From the NCBI GenBank assembly GCA_002633005.1, contig NMRA01000084.1, positions 45,072 to 109,071 of the forward strand: a stretch of 64,000 nt of DNA. The letters are read 5' to 3'. Shown here piece by piece: positions 40,050 to 53,800 of this stretch. The number at the start of each line of letters is the position of its first letter. Position 1 is the first letter of the stretch. The position numbers were made by a program, and so were the translations under genes. Under the pieces are notes generated by a model. That model was not told where the DNA came from. It worked only from the letters and a program-made list of their open reading frames with translations, and made no database searches. Source of the stretch: Phoronis australis (taxonomy: Eukaryota; Animalia; Phoronida).

Positions 40050-40400
40050 AAACTTTCACCGGAAGTCGGCCATTGAATTTCTTCATTGGCAACGTGAGGA
40101 ACGTCGAACGCAAATAATTTTACAATGTAGCTCAGACTTCAACGTTTGATTAGCCATCTGTTTGGTTTATTCATTGGTGCTATTGTCTCTGGCTGTGATA
40201 TGTTTGTCCATGGAACGTCTTGGGTGCCACGCTACGCGCAATTAATGACTTCAACTCGCTGGAAGCTGCTGTAATGCATTAGAATACACAACAACAATGA
40301 TCATGATGAAGTTGATCACGATGATGATGTCGTGTTCTAACTCTATTGTGACGTCGTGACGGTTGCCGTGGTCGGCTATGCTAGTCAGTTACTTATTTAG
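40050..40400 (+). promoter_or_regulatory. Candidate promoter region of the inversin gene
   Basis: ETS-type CCGGAAGT near 40058 and an RFX half-site GTTGCCGTGG at 40362; CpG looks sparser downstream. The ATG exon has a splice acceptor, so an upstream non-coding exon is expected. Motif-level evidence only. Confidence 0.3.
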
Positions 40401-40694
40401 TCTTTCCCCGTCAATTCAGTCGATATTGGTTTCATACAATGTCACGATTGTGCTACTCTAGAAATAATCGTGTTGGACCAGATCCAGATTATCAGGTTAG
40501 TTAACGGAACGTACGAGACTTGAGTTCTGATTTTATCTGAACCAGACACGTTATTCAGTAGATGAAACTGGTTCTCTGGCGCTATCAGACTAGTGTCCAC
40601 CACTTTGCTTTGGTGTGGCTGGACAATAAGAACCTGGATTAATCATTAGTAGAGGTTTCTTGTTGCCTAATAATCAGCGCTCTATGCCTCTATA

Positions 40695-41245
40695 TTGCCA
40701 GTGCCACCGTCTCAACCAGGAGTGGCTGGCCATCCCATAGGCCCTTCATGGGGTGGGAGATTTTTGGAGAATTATGCCTCACACTGATTGAACTATCAAA
40801 GTAACGTTGCTATTATGTACCTTTTGTGCACAGAGGGACACCTTAGGAGGCCGTCGATGTTTTAATTCCTTCCAACTTGAACAAATACTCCCGTACAATC
40901 AAACTTCTTTTTTGAGTAGTCCTTTGTTCATTTGCCCAAATCGGCAACAAGTCATCTTTACACTGCTTATATGCCAGGACGTAATATCTCTTAGCGTGAG
41001 TATCACTGGCAGTTGCTGATTTGGGCAACTGAATGAAGGACTGTTTGACTGCAGCAGTATCTGGTCGAGCTGGGAAGATTTAATATATCAACGGTCTCCT
41101 AAGGTATCCCTCTATATGCAAAAGTTATTAAAATCAATGTAACTTTGATGGCTTAATCAGTTTTAAGCATAATTTGCTGAAAAGCTTTCGGCATATGAAG
41201 GGCCTATGCCTATGGGATGGCCACCGTTACTACTGCTAGCTGGCT
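40695..41245. mobile_element. Fold-back copy of the TAGACAGTGACCACCG family (long degenerate inverted arms)
   Basis: AGAGGGACACCTTAGG / CCTAAGGTATCCCTCT and TTTGCCCAAATCGGCAAC / GTTGCTGATTTGGGCAAC are symmetric about ~40980. Confidence 0.75.
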
Positions 41246-41371
41246 TACATGTTGTGATCAGACATACTTCCAATGTGCTTCCTTTAATAAGTAATCACCT
41301 TATGGAAAATTTTAATGATGAATAAACAATTTTAAAATTAGCACGTAATAAATAAAGACATATCTATCCAA

Positions 41372-41411
41372 TCCAACATTTCGGTTTATTTCATTAAACC
41401 ATTCTCAAGGA
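41372..41411 (-). ncRNA. Second hammerhead-like motif in the inverted pLTR
   Basis: Reverse complement TCC-TTGAGAA-T-GGTTTA-ATGAAA-TAAACC-GAAA-TGTT-GGA. Confidence 0.55.
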
Positions 41412-41736
41412 AACAGTTACAAACACAAAACAAGCGACACAGGTAGAGAAGAGACTGTACAGGTACACAGGTACACATCAAAATGCATTGTGAGGAGGAG
41501 AGACCAGAAATCAAAACAACCCTATATGCAGACAAGGATAATGCCACCCTGAGGCTCCGCATAAAGGAGGCTATGCATATGGTTGAATCATGCTGAGCGT
41601 TACCTCAATAGAAACATTGGTTCATTTGAGCTCCAACTGTTTTGATTTCTAGTCTCTCCCCTTCACAATGCATTTTGATGTGTACCTGTACAGTCTTTTC
41701 TCTACCCGTGTCGCTTGTTTTGTGTTTGTAACTGTT

Positions 41737-41776
41737 TCCTTGAGAATGGTTTAATGAAATAAACGGAAACGTTGGA
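41737..41776 (+). ncRNA. Minimal type I hammerhead ribozyme-like motif (U3:A8 core variant) in the Penelope pLTR
   Basis: TCC-TTGAGAA-T-GGTTTA-ATGAAA-TAAACG-GAAA-CGTT-GGA: stem I, variant core, stem II, GAAA, palindromic stem III. Confidence 0.6.
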
Positions 41777-42428
41777 TTTTATAGATATGTCGTTATTTAC
41801 TTACGCGCTAATTTTAAAGTTCGTGCTTCTGTTCTGGCCTAAATCAAATGTGAATAAACAATTGCCATCTCAAGTGTAAGTAAATGTTTGGGACAGCCTG
41901 ACTTTATAAGCTATCGGAAATTCCCAAACTCTGGGACATTGATGTTGTATAGCTGGCAATGTAATCAATTATAGTTTCATTCACACATTGAAATGTTACC
42001 CATAGTTTCTGTGATCTGCATCAGTGCAAGACTTCAACATCAAAGTGAAAAAGTTTTGATTTAGCAAAATATAATTGCTTGGAGACGCCACATTGTTGAT
42101 GCAAACATTTCTAACAGCATTTGTGGCTCTTTGTCTGAAACAAAATAATGGTTGCTGTTGTCTCCCACCATTGGTTGAGTCGTAAGTAGGACTGAGATAA
42201 TAATTGGGTGAGCTGGAGTTATGGTCTCTGTACATTTACATTTTGCTATGAATTTAGAAATAAAATTTTGAAAAATGCTGAAAAATTAACACCAGCCTAT
42301 CTTCGATGACCAGTTAGGGCCCAATGGTGTGCAACAAAATTTACGAAAGAGTCCCTCACCTTTTTCCAAAGGAACTCCTTGGGAACTTTTTGGAAGCACT
42401 GTCAGTAATTTGTTTATAATCTCCATAA

Positions 42429-42922
42429 GGTTATGCTGCACCTTACCATTAAGTTAGAATTTAGTCAAGTGTCCAGAAAATTATACAAATAAGCTCTGTA
42501 AAATATTATTTTCTCAAAGTAGAAAGCCTGTAAACTTGATTTTCAACTTCATGCGAATGTCATTAAGTTAGTGGGTCACATGACCGTGTGTTTTTTATAG
42601 TTATGCAAAAAGTGAAGGTACATTTTGAGCAAAATAATGGTATCAATAGCATGACCTCCGTTTATTTGAGATAAGTACTCAAGATGAGTTCTCAAAAATG
42701 CTAGTTTTATAAATTATCATTTTGTTTTAGTTTTCATTTTATGCAATGTCTGATTTTTTCATAATTAAAAGTCCTTGATGTTCCCTCAAAGAAAAGTGGG
42801 ACAGTGGTTGCTAACTGCACTTTGGAGAACAGTACAAAAAGCACAATCAGCCTGTTGAAGGTTCACGGGAATCCGATTGGCAGTTCCTGAGATACGATGT
42901 TCCTTAAGAATTTGAGAATGCC
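42429..42922. mobile_element. Kolobok-like non-autonomous element related to 4450-5099
   Basis: ATAA|GGTTAT...CC|TTAA and shared internal motifs. Confidence 0.35.
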
Positions 42923-44856
42923 TTAAAGCAATCTCCGGTCACCTTACCAAAATGTGATTAATTCTCACCTACTGGAGACTTGTCAGAAGGATAAAATAGC
43001 CACCGGTGTTTCCAATGCATCTTTGATTCCTCCCGTGAGCCCGATACAACAAAAACTTACCTGATCTTGGACATTACCTATCCATAATGTGGAAGCTGGT
43101 AGAAGAAATACTTGAAATGCTTGAGATTTTAACAAATTAACCAACAGCATGCATTGGTGTTATATCCTCTCCAAATTCTTGCTTGAGCTGACTCAGATGA
43201 GCTTTAGCACTGTGGATGTTATTAGATTAGATTAGATTATTTGGACAATTGTTGAGTCTACATTGTGGAACATTAGTCTGACTGAATCAGTGTGTAGGGC
43301 TCGTCCATTTGACTCAGCATCCAAATTTGTGGCATTCATTTCAATTTGTGGGGATCTATTTCAAATTTTCAGGGTTCATGAAAACTGCTGCATTATGCAA
43401 AAGAATGATTTTGCTTTTCCTTTTTTACTACATTATTTTAACAATATCCAGCCCATGCCCTTCACACATTATAACATGGTTAATGCTTATTGATATTTCT
43501 TTCATGCTTTGTCAACTTGTTCCTTATATCCCAGTGTTTTCAACAACCTGTTTTGACTCCACTCTTGTGTCGAGTTTGAATTTTCTGTTGTGGAGATCAT
43601 TGTCATTCTAAAAAAACGGTAGTGCTGCACATACCCAGCAGATCCATAAAATCAACATGTCTTTGGTTTTGAAGCACCAAATGTTGCTATATCACTGTCT
43701 TTTTATTTTCAACAATAAACAAGTACCCAATATTGCTTACAAAAACATATCCCCTTGTTGTGACAATGTAATAAGTTGGACATTGTGAAGCTACACCATT
43801 GAGTTTGCGCTGAGGAAAAAAACCTGTTTGTTGGGGTGTTGGTGGAGGAAACGCCGAATGAGGACAACATGAAAGGAACACCAAGTACTCTTTTTTACTC
43901 TTTTTTTCTTCTCTACACTTTTGTGAAAGAATGCAATCAAAAATAGCCAATGATGAAAGTTTCCATCTCCAAAAATTACTTTGTGGTTTCGGTTTTACAG
44001 TGTCATTCTTCTGTCTTTTATACACTTTTGTTTGATGGCAAAATATCAATTTTAGTTCTTACTGTTGTTCTTCAAAATAATTTGATGCTGTTTACACCTT
44101 GACAAACTCTTGCAATTTCCTGATTTGGTATACTTAATGCTAATTAATATTGACTCTGTCCTTGTGAAGTCGTGGATGCTACTCACAATAGCCTGAAGCC
44201 AATCTGATACCAGCTTTTACCATTAAACAAACAGTAACCATTGCCAGTGACCAAGAAGATGTTTAAATAATAGTATGAATCAATAGTATTTGTTTACTCA
44301 TGATCGCATAATACAATGCAATCTTTTTCCATAATCGATGTCTTCTTGTCTATGGAATTCTGTCAGCTGTCTAGAAACTACAAACATCATATATTTGTTT
44401 AGTTACTTGGTGCTTGGATTCAGGTAAATGTTGATTTGGTTAACTTAGAAAAACGTCTTGGGGACCCAAGCAGTGTAGTGAAATGTTGCTCTAGATTACA
44501 TTTTTGACTTCTGAGGCGAATTGTGTTTATAGACTTTATGGGTGCATTTGATCCAACAGAAGAAACGTGTTATGGACTATTTTTCAAAGCTTGATGATGC
44601 TTGGTTTTGATTGCTGACTATAACCAGGTTTAAGTTTAAAATGGATGTACGCAGAGGTGCTGAAAAGCGGCGGGCTACTTCCAAAAAGTATCGAACTCAC
44701 ATGGCAAGTACAGCCCCCTTTTGTGACTTCATATACGGTGCTTTAAAGTATCAATTTTTGTCCTGTGTATCACATGCTTTTTATGAAGTCATTGATGGTT
44801 TTCATCTTAAGACTTTATGGTGAAATATTCTGGCTTTAAATTTTCAGGAAGTGGTC

Positions 44857-44892
44857 ATGTCTTCCAGCAATACCAGACCAGCAAGCAACAAG
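44857..44892 (+). CDS. INVS: Inversin coding exon 1 (MSSSNTRPASNK)
   Basis: TTTTCAG acceptor ending at 44847, ATG at 44857, AAG|GTAAGT donor, phase 0 matches the next exon. Confidence 0.65.
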
Positions 44893-47800
44893 GTAAGTAC
44901 TAGTACCTCATTGTTGTTCATGGACGTTTTCACAGAGCGCTCACAAATATCAGGCTTATTTCACTTAGTGTTTGGGTTGAATTGATCACTCGGCGCTGAG
45001 GTCGCCAAGCAAAATCTGAGGTCGCCATAAGTCAAATGAGTACTGAGTTTGTGGATCCTGGTGTAAAAGGTGGCAAGCAAAAAAAGTTGTATCACTATTC
45101 TTTATGCGTGCGTCTTGAATTTCTCCACCTAATTGCTCATTTCATTCCTCATTACCGCAATTCCTCCAGCTGACAAACAAACAATCATGGAACACAGACA
45201 ACACTGGGGGTGTGGTTCACCGGTCTTACCCGTTTTTTGCCCGACAGTTTTGACTTCCGTCTGTTTATTTCCTGTTGTAATTTGACTGCTTATTTGCTGT
45301 GTGCTGACTGCTGTGGTGGCAAATTCACTGGTTTCACAAAATAGATGGAACAGCTGCGGCCCAACACAAACTTTGAAACAAATTAGGGGGATTATTGTCT
45401 GACTTTGATATTTGCAGTGGCGATTTCGTGATGACTTGCAACCTTTGCCCGGTCGCTGAACACATTCTGAGGTCGCATTGGCGACCTGCAGGTAGCCAAA
45501 TCGAGCGCTGTCACTTCTCTTGGTCAGCAGTTATTTCAAGAACATCTAGGATACTCCATCTCAGCTTAACAAGCACACTGCACTTTGTGTTTAAAATATA
45601 AATTGGCAAAGTCGCATTTAAATAGTTGGAAATGGCGAGATTTGAGGATTTAGAAGTACAACAGTACTGTGCTTACATTTATGCTTAAATTCTGAAATGG
45701 TTTTTTGCTTTAGCATTGCTATTTCATGTGTGTATTTGTGTTATAGCCAGTGACCAGTGTGTCACATACCGATGTAGTGACCAACGAGACAGCGACCCAT
45801 ATGCATGCTGCTGCCATCAATGGAGACAGATCTGTTCTAGCCAAATTACTTGTGTGTAAGTAATTCTGTATAGACCCATCTCAACAGTTAGTCATGTATG
45901 CATTGATGAAGTGACTAAGCTAACTAGAAGATGAGGCTGATCACCATGACTGAGTAGCTAGACCAGGTTCTCTGCACTAAACATGACCAATATTGATGTT
46001 TTTCATTTGGCAATGGCAAACCAAAGTTCTCGACGATCTTATCTTTCATCACTTCCCACCAGAGCTCTCTAATAACACTTCAACTACGTTACTCCAACCG
46101 GCTTTGACTTGGTATTTTCTTGATTCTCCTTAAAAATCTCTTAAACCAATGGGATGCCTTAATACGTTAGACAGTGTGAGGTGTTTTATAGTGGCTGAGA
46201 ACCCATGTTCCATACTTTGATTTTAACATCTTATCGCTATAAATGCTAATAAAATAAGCATTACTATAAAATTACCTGACTTAATAATTCCTAACAGAGA
46301 GGAGGCAGTGTGGCCTAGTGTGATAAGTGTCCACCTCTTTTACTAAAGCTGTGGGTTCGAGTCCCACTTGGGCACACTGCTAAGCCCTTGAGTCGGGTCT
46401 AACTCCTCAGCTTGGTGTTAACTACATATCAATAAATCATAAAACTGGTTCCCAGTGATTAGTGCAATGGCCCCAACTGAGAGGCCTGGGCATATCTTGT
46501 GCAATGTTAACCAGACCGCTTGCAGTTATTTTTCTCCATTGCAAACTCCAGTTATTTGCCCCTCGTTTGCAATTTGCACTCAAACGCTCTATGTAAGCTG
46601 GAACCAAGTCACCTCGGTGGGTCTGGCATCGTAACCAGCATATAACCAATGAGCAGTTGTGGAAGAATCTGCCATTACATAGTTTTGTTGCTAATTATTC
46701 CTAGTGTTTCTCGAGTATTTTTCCCAGTATATGGAAACTAAACACGTTGATTGAAAACTACACTACCACTTATCCATATGTTTCACTTCCGTGGCAGGCT
46801 TAGGCGCTTTCACTGATAGATGAAGCAAACATGAGCTGTTTTGCACGTCACTGGTGTCTGTTCAGATTTAAGACACTCAAATTCTTAAGAAACATATCCT
46901 CTGTTGTCGGCTAATGCAAACTGAGCAGAATCTGAAATAACAAGGAAAGCAAATAGCAATTCAGACAAGCAAGATATTAATTTCTCATTGGTGACCACTT
47001 TCTGAATGCTAAGTGGTCTAAATCAAAAGTTAGTTGTTGTGACAAGTGGAGATTTCTTGCCGCTTTAAATTTAACAAAAATGTCTTCATTGTCTGCATTC
47101 ATTGCAATGTTCGTTTATTGACAATTATATAATTTTCTAAAAGTGAAACGTGATCTTTCCAGCCACGTCCAAAGACATCGATGCGGGTGACCAGTTTGGC
47201 CGGACATCACTCATGTTCTGTGTCCTGGGTGACCGATTGGACTGCGCAGAGCTCCTCATCAAGGCTGGCTGTCACATCGACCAGAAGGACAAGGGAGGAC
47301 GCACAGCTCTCCACTGGTCAGCGCACAAGGTAAGTGCTGAAATGTGAGGGTAAAGCTTCAGTCGTCAAATAGTGACGTTTATTTTTGTAAAGAGGAGATT
47401 TATTTTTATGTACCCACATTATACATAAATGTGGCGCATATTTTGTCGCCATCATGTCCGGTTGTCTGGTTATCTGCTCGAATATCTCAAAAGCCTCAGC
47501 TGAGATTCTGATGAAACAAAATTCAAGGGTGTGATGCATCACTAGGACAGTGTATGTCAATTTTCAATTTGACTTGCCCCGGGGTCGGGTGGTGGAGCTT
47601 TTCCACAAACTTTTAGGAGAAGAGGGTTTCCAGATGATTATAGAGAAGTGATTATACCGATTTTAATGAACCTTCAGACACAATGGAACGTGTTGTCAAT
47701 TCACCTGCACCGGTTGATTTTCATGTATATTCGACTACTGCAGCACCATCTAGAGGCAGTTGTCTCAAACAGGGCTTTTTGAATGTTTTGTACAGGAAGA

Positions 47801-50800
47801 GAATTTCAGGATAATCGTGGGAGTCGAATGAATTTCGGTTTTTGGATGAATTTGACTACTGCAACACCTAGCAGCCATTTTGGCCTCTACAAGGGACACT
47901 TTCAATATTTGTGGGAAGAGTGTTTCCGTATGATATCAAGAGAACTGATCGATGGATTTCAATGAAACTTGATCTGGTTATATGGGGTGGCAATGCGCCA
48001 ACACCAGTTAACTTTCTGGCGAATATGACTGCTTTGTCAACTCTCATGTAGTTTGGTCTCGACAAGGCGCTTATTGGTAGTTTTAAGAGCAAAGTGTTTC
48101 CAGATTATAACTAGGCAACCATTTGATAGATTTCAGTGAAACTTGACCCAGAGGTACAGCACACATCATGATCTTTTGTCTGACCGGTCGTCTAGGAGTC
48201 GACAACTGGTCGGCTAATCTTTAGGGGCCTCTAGAAAAATATAGTTTTGCATTCGCAAAATTGACAGATTGAATTTAAACATCCATTAAATTAGTACGCT
48301 CTGCAAAAGCTTCGCTTTACAAATTCTCTCTTGCGTTGAGACGATCTGTGCTGCAAAAGCTAAGACCCTAACGACAGTGTCCTGGCCAGGGTCCTCAAAA
48401 GGTAAACCATGCACAGATGCAGATTTGTTAAATATTCTCTTGAATTTTCTCTTTTATCCGTTTTTCGCAGTCTTTATTTTCTCGACTGTCCCCGTCACCG
48501 CGCCTATGTGGGTTGCCAGGGTTTAACCCAGACGCCTGAAAATTTTTGCGGGGCCCCGTGCTTCCTCGCTTTCCCCCTCCCCCCACTTCCTACGGCCCTG
48601 GAACTGTATGCAAATTTACTGACACATTTCAAATTTCCTGGTTGTTGATACTTTTTTTATGCATAATGTATGAAAAGTTTCACATCTAGAGTGTGAAATT
48701 ATGTTTCCACGACATCATTTAACGTTTAATTTTACCACGCCGTCAGCAATTCAACATAAAGTTTACGTTGGTGCAATTTCACGCAATTCGTATTTGTAGG
48801 TTGATTCGATTTTACCACCTTTCAATAGGTGAACAAAACTTGATAAACCGATGTCAAGACTGGAGTGGCCACTGGTGAACGAACAGCAAACAGTTAAATG
48901 TTTTTGCTTGGCCAAAGTTCACCCGCTTAGTCATAAAATGGTAGTTGCTGACCGAGGACACGCATAATTCGAATTCGTCGTCTACGCTAGGCGACCACTT
49001 TGTCGACCCAAGTGCCGACCGCAGAGGCGACTCAGCAGACGGCTCCTAGCAAACCGTTGTTGGTCGGCTGTTGGTTGGCTAAACGGCTGGTCGTCGACCG
49101 GTCGTCGACCAATTTCCGACCGGTCGGACAAAAATTCGTGATGTCTGCTGTATGTGGTGGCAATGGGCAAACACTAGACTAAGTCTATTTTCATATCAAT
49201 TCGACCACAGCAGTACCCTGTAGTCTTCATGCTATTTTGGAGACGATGACCGCTCACATTTTTGAGTCAATTCCTGTGCTGTGTTTCCCTCATGTCATTT
49301 TGTGTCTGTCTTTGTAGCTACCTAACCTTATGATTGTTATATGTAGAAAGAAATAGACTGGACCTGCCCATTAGTAGATGCCCAGTGATGTGTCCCTTTA
49401 GGACATTTTCTGGGACATTTATATTTCTTTGTTGAAAATGTTAAAACTTTTTGTTCAACTTTTTGTTAATGCAGCTATCAGATTGTGGTCACTTGTTGTC
49501 TCTGCTTACATGAAGCCAATATGCATCCCCAGAAACATACTGCTTGCGATGCGCTGTGGTCAAACATCAATGCTATGCGTTTCTCAGAACACACAATTTT
49601 GTTGCATTCATACTGCAGTTAGCAGTGCATAGTTACATTAGGCAATTCTGGGCATTCCTGTAAGCGGTGAGGTGTTTATGTAATTGACAATTTGGCAATT
49701 AAGTTTGTTCAAATTGTAAAAAACTTCACTGCAAGTTCTAAAGACTGTTATGGTGGTGGACCCGACGCAATCGGCCATAGAGCCCTTCCCAATCAAATTT
49801 CATTCCATTGTTTGTAGTTAGTAAGTTCACTCTTATAAGGGTTGGTGCATACAAGTCAAGTCTCTCATGTGCTAGAAGTTGGAGTACATTGAACTTAACC
49901 CAGTTATACAATTCGGTGTCATATATGGCCTGTAGTAAGATTTATATTGCGTCCGTTGAAGAATATTTTTGACACCATTTCTTATTTTTCATTGAGTTTT
50001 TATGTAAATGCTCACCAATTCAATTTGTCTGTAAAATTTGACCCTACCAACTGAAACAAAATGCACTGAGTTTTAATCCCATTAATGGCACAAACCTATG
50101 TACCTAAAAAATGAGAATGTTTGCTGATGTCCATTACTACGGTTACATGTAATGTTCCTGATGCAGGGTAATCTGCGCTGTCTCAAGCTGCTGCTCAGTA
50201 AGGGGTCCAACTGGAAAGAAAAGGACAACGAAGGTCAGACAGCACTGCACATGTGCACCCGACATAAGTCGCCTAAGTGTCTGGCCTTCCTGCTCAAGCA
50301 GCTGTTGCCAGGGGAGATCGATGATCAGGACAAGAACAAAAGGACAGCACTGCACTGGAGTGCCTCCTATGGGAACTTAGAGCACATCAAGATGCTAATC
50401 AAACAGGCATGTTGAAAGAGGGTTAACGCTAGAATGAAGAGAAAGCACATGGAATTTTTTGCATCATTGGGTACCAAACTTTAGACTGAGTGTAGTTAAT
50501 AGAACTATCAGGTGCACAGAATGACTGCACATTTTGCAGAAGGTCCCTGATCTGCAGCTCAGTGTTTCCCAATGTATAATTATTAGGCCACATGTGTTGA
50601 CTCTGGTGGGGTATCTGATGATTGCTATGAAACTCCTCAACTGGTATCTTGATCAGATGGGCAACATATGAAGATTGAATTAATTAGGTTGTCATTTGGT
50701 TACGAAACCATTATGTCCGTCAGCCAAATATGCAATGGACTAGTTCCGTACTTGAAAACCAGATGGGGTCACTTGTTGGTTGTGATTAATTTTTACATTT

Positions 50801-53800
50801 AGACTATTTGTTTGTTACAGGACTCCAACATCGGTATCCCTGACATTGAAGGAAAGACACCACTACACTGGGCGGCCAGTAGTAAGGGTGAGAATGCTGT
50901 TAGCTGTGTGACTGTCCTACTGGAGACAGCACCTAGTGTCATCAACTGGCAGGACTATGAGGGCAGGACGGCACTCCACCTAGCGGTGGCCGATGGAAAC
51001 ATTGACATAGTCACCCGGCTGGTGAGAGTCAGTATTTGTATACTTTTTGTCTCAAGAAAGTGAAGACGTTGTGTACAAGCGGTCGAATTTGGTTGAAGTT
51101 GTGGGAAGCAGAGTGCATAAAACCTGATGAAAAGGAATCGGTGACTTGAATTTTTTGTGATTTCTCAACTTCTGTCAGTTTTTGACAGAAAGAGACTGTA
51201 TTGTACAGCTGGTAGAGGGCTAAATGTTGAGAATTGTGACGCGTACCATTTGATTTAATGTGTTGCTCATTGCTTCGTTAAAATGCCTTTTAGCTGGAAG
51301 ATTGTTAACATGTTTGCGTCTCTTAAATATCTGACATTTATTGATGCGGCATCCTGAATGAACATGTCACGAATGGCGCATTTGTCTTGGAAATGCAGTA
51401 GTTTTGTAGTCACTGTTATTTGTGTGTCGTTTCTGTGTGCAACTTCATAATTTATTGAAATGTTGAGCAATGTTGAGCTGTTACAAATTATTTCAGACGT
51501 CACTCACCAAGTGCAATGTGTCGGCGCTGGACAACATGTTCCGGACGCCTCTTCACTGGGCTGCTGTATTGGGTCACTCCAACATAGTCAACATACTGCT
51601 GGAGAAGGAAGCTGATTGGCTGAGCTCAGATTCTAATGGCGCCACACCACTACACTATGCGGCACAAAATAACTATGCAGTACGTGATTGGTTACAAACA
51701 TGTGGCAGAAAATGATTATTACAAAATGCAGAAGGGAATGATGTATTAACACATAAAATATTTTTTTTTTTAAAATTGAAATGACTAATTCTGCTGGTTT
51801 TTGTCAATACATTTGTTAACAAAAATGCAAAACAAAAATATGAGAAGCACATAGTCATAGGCTCACACGCACATGATCATGTACACTCCACACATAATCT
51901 AACTATTCTCTTAAAATAACAGTTTCTAAATTACACTATCCTTTTGTCTACACAGTCCGCAGATCTGATGTTTGTTCCTAATTTAAGACTTGCTTCAAAA
52001 TATATTCCAGTTTCTGAATTCACCCACAATATATTATACTTATATCATTTATGTGAACTATTGCATTCTCATATGGTAACGTGTTTTTATTCTCAGCCAT
52101 TCGGACACTTGGCATTTATGTTTTGATCACAGGAAACCGTCAGTGTCTTTCTATCATTCCCTTCCAAGAAGATCACAGATGAACCTGACCTTGAGGGTCG
52201 TACAGCATTTATGTGGGCTGCTGGGAAGGGAGCCGATGATGTCATTAGAGCCTGGGTGGATCATGGCACAGACCTTCATCAGGTGGACAAGAATGGCGGA
52301 CAAGGTAGGCGCGATGGGACGGGATTATGCACAGTAACAAATTACTCACCACAGTACTATAATGTGACAAATATTAATGAATTAAGAAATAGTTACACAG
52401 TCATGATTTCTGCTCAAAAAATTTGAAATTCAAAATGACGCCATGATACTGTTTGTAAATATTAGTTAAATTGCTGAAGTCTGCAAGTTTTGTGCTGCCA
52501 CTTGTTACAGGTATTGTGACTTTGGTAAAAATTATCTTCCTCTCTACTGTCTTGGATGGTTCAAAGAATTATGGATGTGCTAAACAGTTAGGGTCTGGAA
52601 CAGAAGTGTCCAATATAGATCGTTCTGTGATCCTCTTTAACCTTTTCTTCAACTTATCAACTGCAAACTTCAGAATGATATACAAATAGCATTTCTGTCT
52701 TTATTTTGAGGCATTACTTTCAAATGGGTTTGATGTGTAGTCTGATTGTTTCTGATTTGTTATTGTTTTTCCACTTTGCTGAAAGGTTTTCCTCTACATT
52801 TTTGATTTCTGAAGATGCTCTCTTGCCTCCTACAAAGCACCCTTTCTTCACCAATACTACCAAAACCAACAAAATGGCATTTGCATTTCAGCACTGCATG
52901 CTGCTGCCCTCTCTGGTCACGCCAGCACTGTTAAGCTGCTCCTTGACAATGGCGCCCAGATCAATGCTCACGACTTGCTCAAGCACACAGCGCTGTTCCG
53001 GGCCTGCGAGATGGGCCACACAGACGTGGTGCAGACATTGATAGACTATGGTGCCAAGGTAGAGACCTTCGATGAAGACGGGCGCTCACCGCTTCACTGG
53101 TAAGGAGCTATGAAGCTTTTTGGAAAGCACTGTTACAGTATGTGCCAAAAGTGTTCTGACAAATTACCCAGAATTCCCATCATGACAGTTGAGAGTTAAA
53201 TCAATTTCAGACAGAAATAATTGTTAAAACTGCCCTTTTTTCAACCATTTCTAACATTGTTGTGAAAGTCATGATATTGTTTTATGCTAGCAGTTGTACA
53301 GACTGAACTTGAAAACCCTAAAAAGCATTGAAGTGTCAAATGAAGTGATTAAGAAAAAACATTTTCGCTCGCTGGCCATATTGTGTCCTAAATTGGTGAG
53401 GTTTTATCATAAAGGTATTAGATTTGAAAATTGGTTGATTTGTTTTTTTGATTCTTGGGTGAACACAATCATTTGCCTATCAGAAAAGTAATATGAGGGT
53501 TGAGTGTGATAGTTTAAGTCACTAATATTTGTCCGACCACTCGGAAAAGAGTTGTTGACTGGTGGCCTACCTGACTCCAGCTTATCAGTGGTCAACCAGG
53601 AGCCATCAGCTTGGTCAGGACTGTGGCCATTACTTGAGTTAGGAATCCAGTAGAGTTTCATTATTACAGTCAAAATTGATGAAATCAAAAAACAAACACC
53701 GACAATTGGTGATTTTTAAAGTCAATGTTCAAGGGCCTGTATTCAAGCCTGCTAAAATTTTCAGACCAGTCGGCCAATTCTCTGACTCGTTTCTGACCTG

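Larger units (their letters stand above)
41332..41850 (+). mobile_element. 5'-truncated Penelope-like retroelement with inverted pseudo-LTRs, GIY-YIG C-terminal remnant, 3' tail and 13-bp TSD
   Basis: Inverted arms 41331-41519 and 41639-41818; the spacer encodes RLRIKEAMH...YLNRNIGSFEL (KEAxxI...LNRDxG motif); TGAATAAACAATT at 41319-41331 and 41851-41863. Confidence 0.85.

Noticed and set aside
41996-43700. Minus-strand exon-like segments with donors near 41998, 42965 and 43040 (nested antisense gene?)
   Set aside because: Frames are interrupted by stops and no domain was recognised; could be a decayed element.
46301-46375. tRNA gene
   Set aside because: A and B boxes are present but the acceptor and anticodon stems do not pair, and it continues into SINE-like sequence.
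47480-48150. Repeated GATTTCAATGAAACTTG-like motif (Helentron/HINE-like subrepeats)
   Set aside because: Probably a dispersed repeat, but its boundaries and class could not be supported from this window.
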